NCBI GenBank assembly: GCA_963575745.1
Contig: CAUYUJ010000155.1
Coordinates: 1 to 64,000 of the forward strand
Direction of reading: 5' to 3'
DNA length: 64,000 bases
Origin: Prorocentrum cordatum
Taxonomy: Eukaryota
Of the stretch, positions 48,910-64,000 are shown piece after piece (within the stretch, counting starts at the first letter, position 1; every line of letters starts with the position of its first letter). The notes beneath the pieces were generated by a model. The model did no database searches. It worked only from the letters and a program-made list of their open reading frames with translations, and was not told the origin of the DNA. Made by a program: the position numbers and the translations under genes.

Positions 48910-50865
48910 ATGGAATTGGGACACCACACATGGGACCGAGCATGTCCAGGGCTGGGAGAAGCTTCAACGAGAAGTTTCGGGGGTTGTGCAGAAGGCTTGT
49001 GGGCAGGCCAGGGGATGGCGGCCATGGTGTCGCTTCGAAGGATCTCTTGGGACCTTGTCGCCAGCCACGTTGTTAGGGACGACCTAGGCCGAGTCTACGA
49101 CCTCAGGACGCTGAGCCCAGCAGATTTCAAGCACTTCTTGACCGAGGGAGTGCAGAGGTGGCAACACGGCCGCCTCTTGCGGCATCTTTATACTGTGGGT
49201 GACGGAGTAGCTATTCCAGTCTGGCACAGGGCCCTCAGGTATGCGATAAAAGGGATTCGATGCGTGAAGCGTCTTGGAGCGATTCAGGCACACTGGGCCG
49301 ACGGTATCCCTATACCTGCCAGGCTGGATTTGAAGGCTGGAGGCCGATTCCGTCCCTGCGCAGCTTGTGGTCGCCAGATCAACGAATGCTGGGGACACAT
49401 TCTGTACGATTGCCCTGCTCTCTTGGTGGGCGTCCCCGATGATGAATTTGCTGCCCTGCCTGAACAGCTCGTCGAAGTGCGAGATCGCCTGGTGAATTCT
49501 GGAGTCGGGGCAGGTCGCCCCGAATGGGACTACACATACCCTGTCTATGGGATCCCTGAGCTTCCTGTCGGGCTACCTCCGAGAGATTCTGTGAGTTCTG
49601 AAGTTTTGTACTGGGGCGATACCGAAGGGCAATGGGGGCCAAAGTCGTACACGGACGGTTCGGGGTTCGGGTCGAATGTGCCAGAAACCAGGAGGTGTGG
49701 CTGGGGCCTATGCCAGTTGGACCCCGACACTTTCTTGCCGAAGCGGGCGATTTTCGGACCATTGCCGTATCTAATCCAGACAGTCGGTCGTGCTGAAAGA
49801 TATGCTATACGAATGGGGCTGGTTGTTCATCCAAACCACGAGGTTTTCGTGAGCGATTTACTCTCTTTGGTGGAGGAGGGGAATGCTTGGTTGGACGAAC
49901 TTCAGCACGGCCGAAAGCAGCATGCACGTGTGTGGCGAGATATTTTTATTGCAGCTGAGAGGCGGGACAAGAAGCTGCCGCCTCCAGCATTCCAGTGGAC
50001 CCCTGCGCATCGAGACATCGAAGCTGTGGTGTCGAGCGGGGCTGGTACTACGGAAATTCAAGATTGGCTCGGCAATGCCTGGGCGGATTTTTTCGCAAGA
50101 GTTGGCGCTGCTCAACATGCTGTCGCAAAGGTGACGACTGAGAGCGTGGCGTCCGCCCTGAAAGAGCACCGACTGGTTCTTCAGTATGTGTCCTGGGGAA
50201 TCCAGATGGTGGTGGAGTCTCAGAAGTACGGACGAGATGTGTTTCCAGGGCCCCGTCCAGTTGAGATTCGTGCGCCTGTGCTCTTTCAAAAAGCGGATGA
50301 TCATGTATTGTACAAGAACGTCAAGACGGGCGTTTTCAAGTGTAGAAGGTGCGGGGCCTCAGCCCGCACGCCTGCATCCTTCGACAATCTGCGTGTGGGT
50401 GGGGGTCGGAAGTGTGTGCCCAGCAAGATCACCCAGGCCCTCACAAAAGAGTTCTTCAGGACGTCCCTCGACGTGTGGGAGATGCCAGTGAGTGATGCGC
50501 GCGTGGCCGCTGCCCTCGATGCCGCTGCCGCCTTAGAGCCCCAAGGAGCCCCCGAGGAGGCCGAAGGAGGCCCCTCCCAGCCACCTGTGCTCGACGGGGC
50601 CTCTAGGGAGGATGCGGACCCCCTCATCCTGGAGTGTGGGGCTCTAGGGCACGATGTGTTCCGTGTTAATTCAATGTATTGCTGCCGTCGTTGTGCAGGG
50701 CATTGTTCAGTGTTGCAGGTTAATAGTCTCAGGAAGCTGAAGCGTGAGTGTGTAGGCCTCTCTGACACCCTCAGCACTCGGAGGAACCAGCTCAGGGCGA
50801 TCGACAGGATCAGCCGTGGGCTCGAGCCACGTCAGCGAGGAGGGGACCCCGAGCCCCCGCCGTAG
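48910..50865 (+). CDS. LINE ORF2 part 2 (after frameshifts): CCHC-like finger, RNase H, C-terminal Cys/His fingers
   Basis: CAACG..GHILYDC; RNase H motifs YTDGSG..CGWG..QTVGRAE..FVSDL..WTPAH..GNAWADFFA; C-terminal H..CRRCG..C and GH..CRRCA..C. Frame continuity with part 1 is broken in 48730-49010. Confidence 0.88.
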   Translation: MELGHHTWDRACPGLGEASTRSFGGCAEGLWAGQGMAAMVSLRRISWDLVASHVVRDDLGRVYDLRTLSPADFKHFLTEGVQRWQHGRLLRHLYTVGDGVAIPVWHRALRYAIKGIRCVKRLGAIQAHWADGIPIPARLDLKAGGRFRPCAACGRQINECWGHILYDCPALLVGVPDDEFAALPEQLVEVRDRLVNSGVGAGRPEWDYTYPVYGIPELPVGLPPRDSVSSEVLYWGDTEGQWGPKSYTDGSGFGSNVPETRRCGWGLCQLDPDTFLPKRAIFGPLPYLIQTVGRAERYAIRMGLVVHPNHEVFVSDLLSLVEEGNAWLDELQHGRKQHARVWRDIFIAAERRDKKLPPPAFQWTPAHRDIEAVVSSGAGTTEIQDWLGNAWADFFARVGAAQHAVAKVTTESVASALKEHRLVLQYVSWGIQMVVESQKYGRDVFPGPRPVEIRAPVLFQKADDHVLYKNVKTGVFKCRRCGASARTPASFDNLRVGGGRKCVPSKITQALTKEFFRTSLDVWEMPVSDARVAAALDAAAALEPQGAPEEAEGGPSQPPVLDGASREDADPLILECGALGHDVFRVNSMYCCRRCAGHCSVLQVNSLRKLKRECVGLSDTLSTRRNQLRAIDRISRGLEPRQRGGDPEPPP

Positions 50866-50891
50866 GCTGTTTTTGGTCTGGGCCCCCAGGT

Positions 50892-50991
50892 NNNNNNNNN
50901 NNNNNNNNNNNNNNNNNNNNNNNNNNNNNNNNNNNNNNNNNNNNNNNNNNNNNNNNNNNNNNNNNNNNNNNNNNNNNNNNNNNNNNNNNNN
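50892..50991. other. Assembly gap (100 N)
   Basis: Run of N. Confidence 1.
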
Positions 50992-51048
50992 TCCTCCTCC
51001 TCCTCCTCCTCCTATCCCTTGCCCTGACGGTCCGCGGAACCAGCGCAG

Positions 51049-62605
<11,557 letters not shown>

Positions 62606-62689
62606 AGCTGGTCTCGGAGAGGTGCGTCGAGCGGCAGAGCTGGAGTCCTCAAGCTGCGTCGGATCCTGCAGCTTGTCACAGGCCTCAGG

Positions 62690-64000
62690 AGTACGACAGC
62701 AGTACACATGTTTGCCCTAGTTGCTGATCGGTCGCAGCTGATAACCACAATGCGTTGTGTTCCTGGTCGTCGGCGCATTCGTGAATGTCCCTGGTGCGTA
62801 GGCAAAGGCTGATGTTGTCTGCCCACCGCTTCCGCCGTGGTCTTCCGTGCCGTCGCTGTGCTGGGCGTGCGTCGTGTGCGGCTGGCTCCCACGAGCAGGT
62901 TGAGGATGTCTATCTGTCGGACCTGTGCGCTGCCACACGGGATACCCACCACCATTCTCGCTTGAAGCCTGAAGCTCTCCATTCATCCACTTGCGCTCGA
63001 GATGCATGCTGGGCTGCTTCGCGTGTGGCTCTTCGCACTGAGTCGATCCACGGTTCCCGCCCGTCGCCCAACCACTCGTCTGTGCTGTCGGCTGGGTGGT
63101 CGGTGTTGTTTGCACTGTTGGTGTCGGCGGTGACGCGTCGGCGGTGGCGGCCGTGGTCGGAAGTGTCGGGGGCGTGCTGGCAGCAGTCGGTGCGCCGCCG
63201 CGGCACACCCGTGACACGCCTGAGCATGTTCAGTCGGACCCGCCTGAGAACAGCGAACATATTTCTGGTGATGGCTCATGCCAACCGTACACCACGGATG
63301 GCGTGACAGAGCCGTTGAGAGGCTTCAGTCTACACGCGTTTGTCAGTTCGTAACGAAGTGGGTTGAAGCGAGCTCACCCTGCGGCAATCCTGTTGCGTAG
63401 TGCTGCATCGCGAACGTCGAGGAAAATTAGCGTTCTATGTATATATGTATATATATATATATGTACCGACGCTATCGCCGTTAATCTCGACAGTGATTGT
63501 CTTGCCTCCCCTCTGGCTGATATTTGTCAGGATCTTGATGTTGTTCGGGTGTAGGGATAGACTGCATTTGGCTGCATAGGTTTGCGCGTCTCGAAGTCTG
63601 TAGGTAAACTGTCGCAGGCTGAGGGCGTAGAGCAGCACGTCGTCGGCGAAACGCAAAGTTGTGATCCGCATCTGCGGTGCGAAGCCAAGTTGAATCCCGA
63701 AGTTCTTGCGAAGCCTGAATGTCTTCGCTTGTCTGAATACATGCTCGACGATGGCGTTGAAGAAGAAAGAGCCTAGTGGGTCTCCTGGCTTAACGCCCGG
63801 TTCGATGTTGAAGGCTCTGCTGCCGGTATATGTTCGGACTGTAGCTGTTTGGGTGCTGTACAACTGCTTCAAGAAGGTGGTGCACGCGGATGGGATATGC
63901 TATTGTCGAAAACGTCCCATAAGCATTCGTGGTCCACGCAATCGGATGCTGTCCTGAAGTCTACCGCGACAGCCCAGAGATGCAGTAGCTGCCACTCGTG
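62690..64000 (-). mobile_element. Degraded RTE-like LINE: RT domain and C-terminus, running off the window end
   Basis: AVDFRTASDCVDH, GVKPGDPLG..FFNA, LRFADDVLL, LHPNNIKIL; downstream VTPSVVYG, EPWIDSVRRATR, GRPRRKRWAD. Contains stops, frameshifts and a (TA)n insertion at ~63440-63462. Confidence 0.85.

Larger units (their letters stand above)
43740..50891 (+). mobile_element. Near full-length non-LTR retrotransposon (LINE; ORF1 plus APE-RT-RNase H ORF2) headed by a dinoflagellate spliced leader
   Basis: Starts with a perfect DinoSL at 43740-43761, followed by a 155-nt 5'UTR, ORF1 and an ORF2 with APE, RT and RNase H motifs. The 3' end runs into the N gap. (CCT)n lies to the left (43635-43726) and after the gap (50992-51013). 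Confidence 0.93.

Overview
This window is eukaryotic, GC-rich and saturated with repeats. It is almost certainly from a dinoflagellate (Prorocentrum-like, by inference): it carries two perfect 22-nt dinoflagellate spliced leaders (DinoSL, TCCGTAGCCATTTTGGCTCAAG) and a gene whose introns use GA/GC donors. Most ORFs in the supplied track are artefacts of trinucleotide microsatellites. (1) A near full-length ~7.1 kb non-LTR retrotransposon (43740-50891, +) carries ORF1 (zinc finger/coiled coil) and ORF2 (APE endonuclease, RT, RNase H, Cys/His fingers). It begins exactly with a DinoSL and sits between (CCT)n tracts. (2) A second, internally deleted RNase-H-type LINE (~10036-13058, -) also begins exactly with a DinoSL and is inserted in an 18-20 bp satellite. 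(3) Further retroposon-like units carry degenerate SL relics at their 5' ends (27847-29312; tandem pair 14553-17435). (4) Two more LINE fragments are present. (5) A multi-exon FAD-dependent amine/L-amino-acid oxidase-like gene lies at 51049-~62605 (-). One of its introns is a TIR element whose 5-bp target-site duplication supplies both splice sites (Introner-type). (6) The rest is MITEs, Helentron/DINE-1-like elements and satellites. The top candidate system is spliced-leader-capped LINEs that may use host trans-splicing to define their 5' end. All calls are by eye, with no database searches run.
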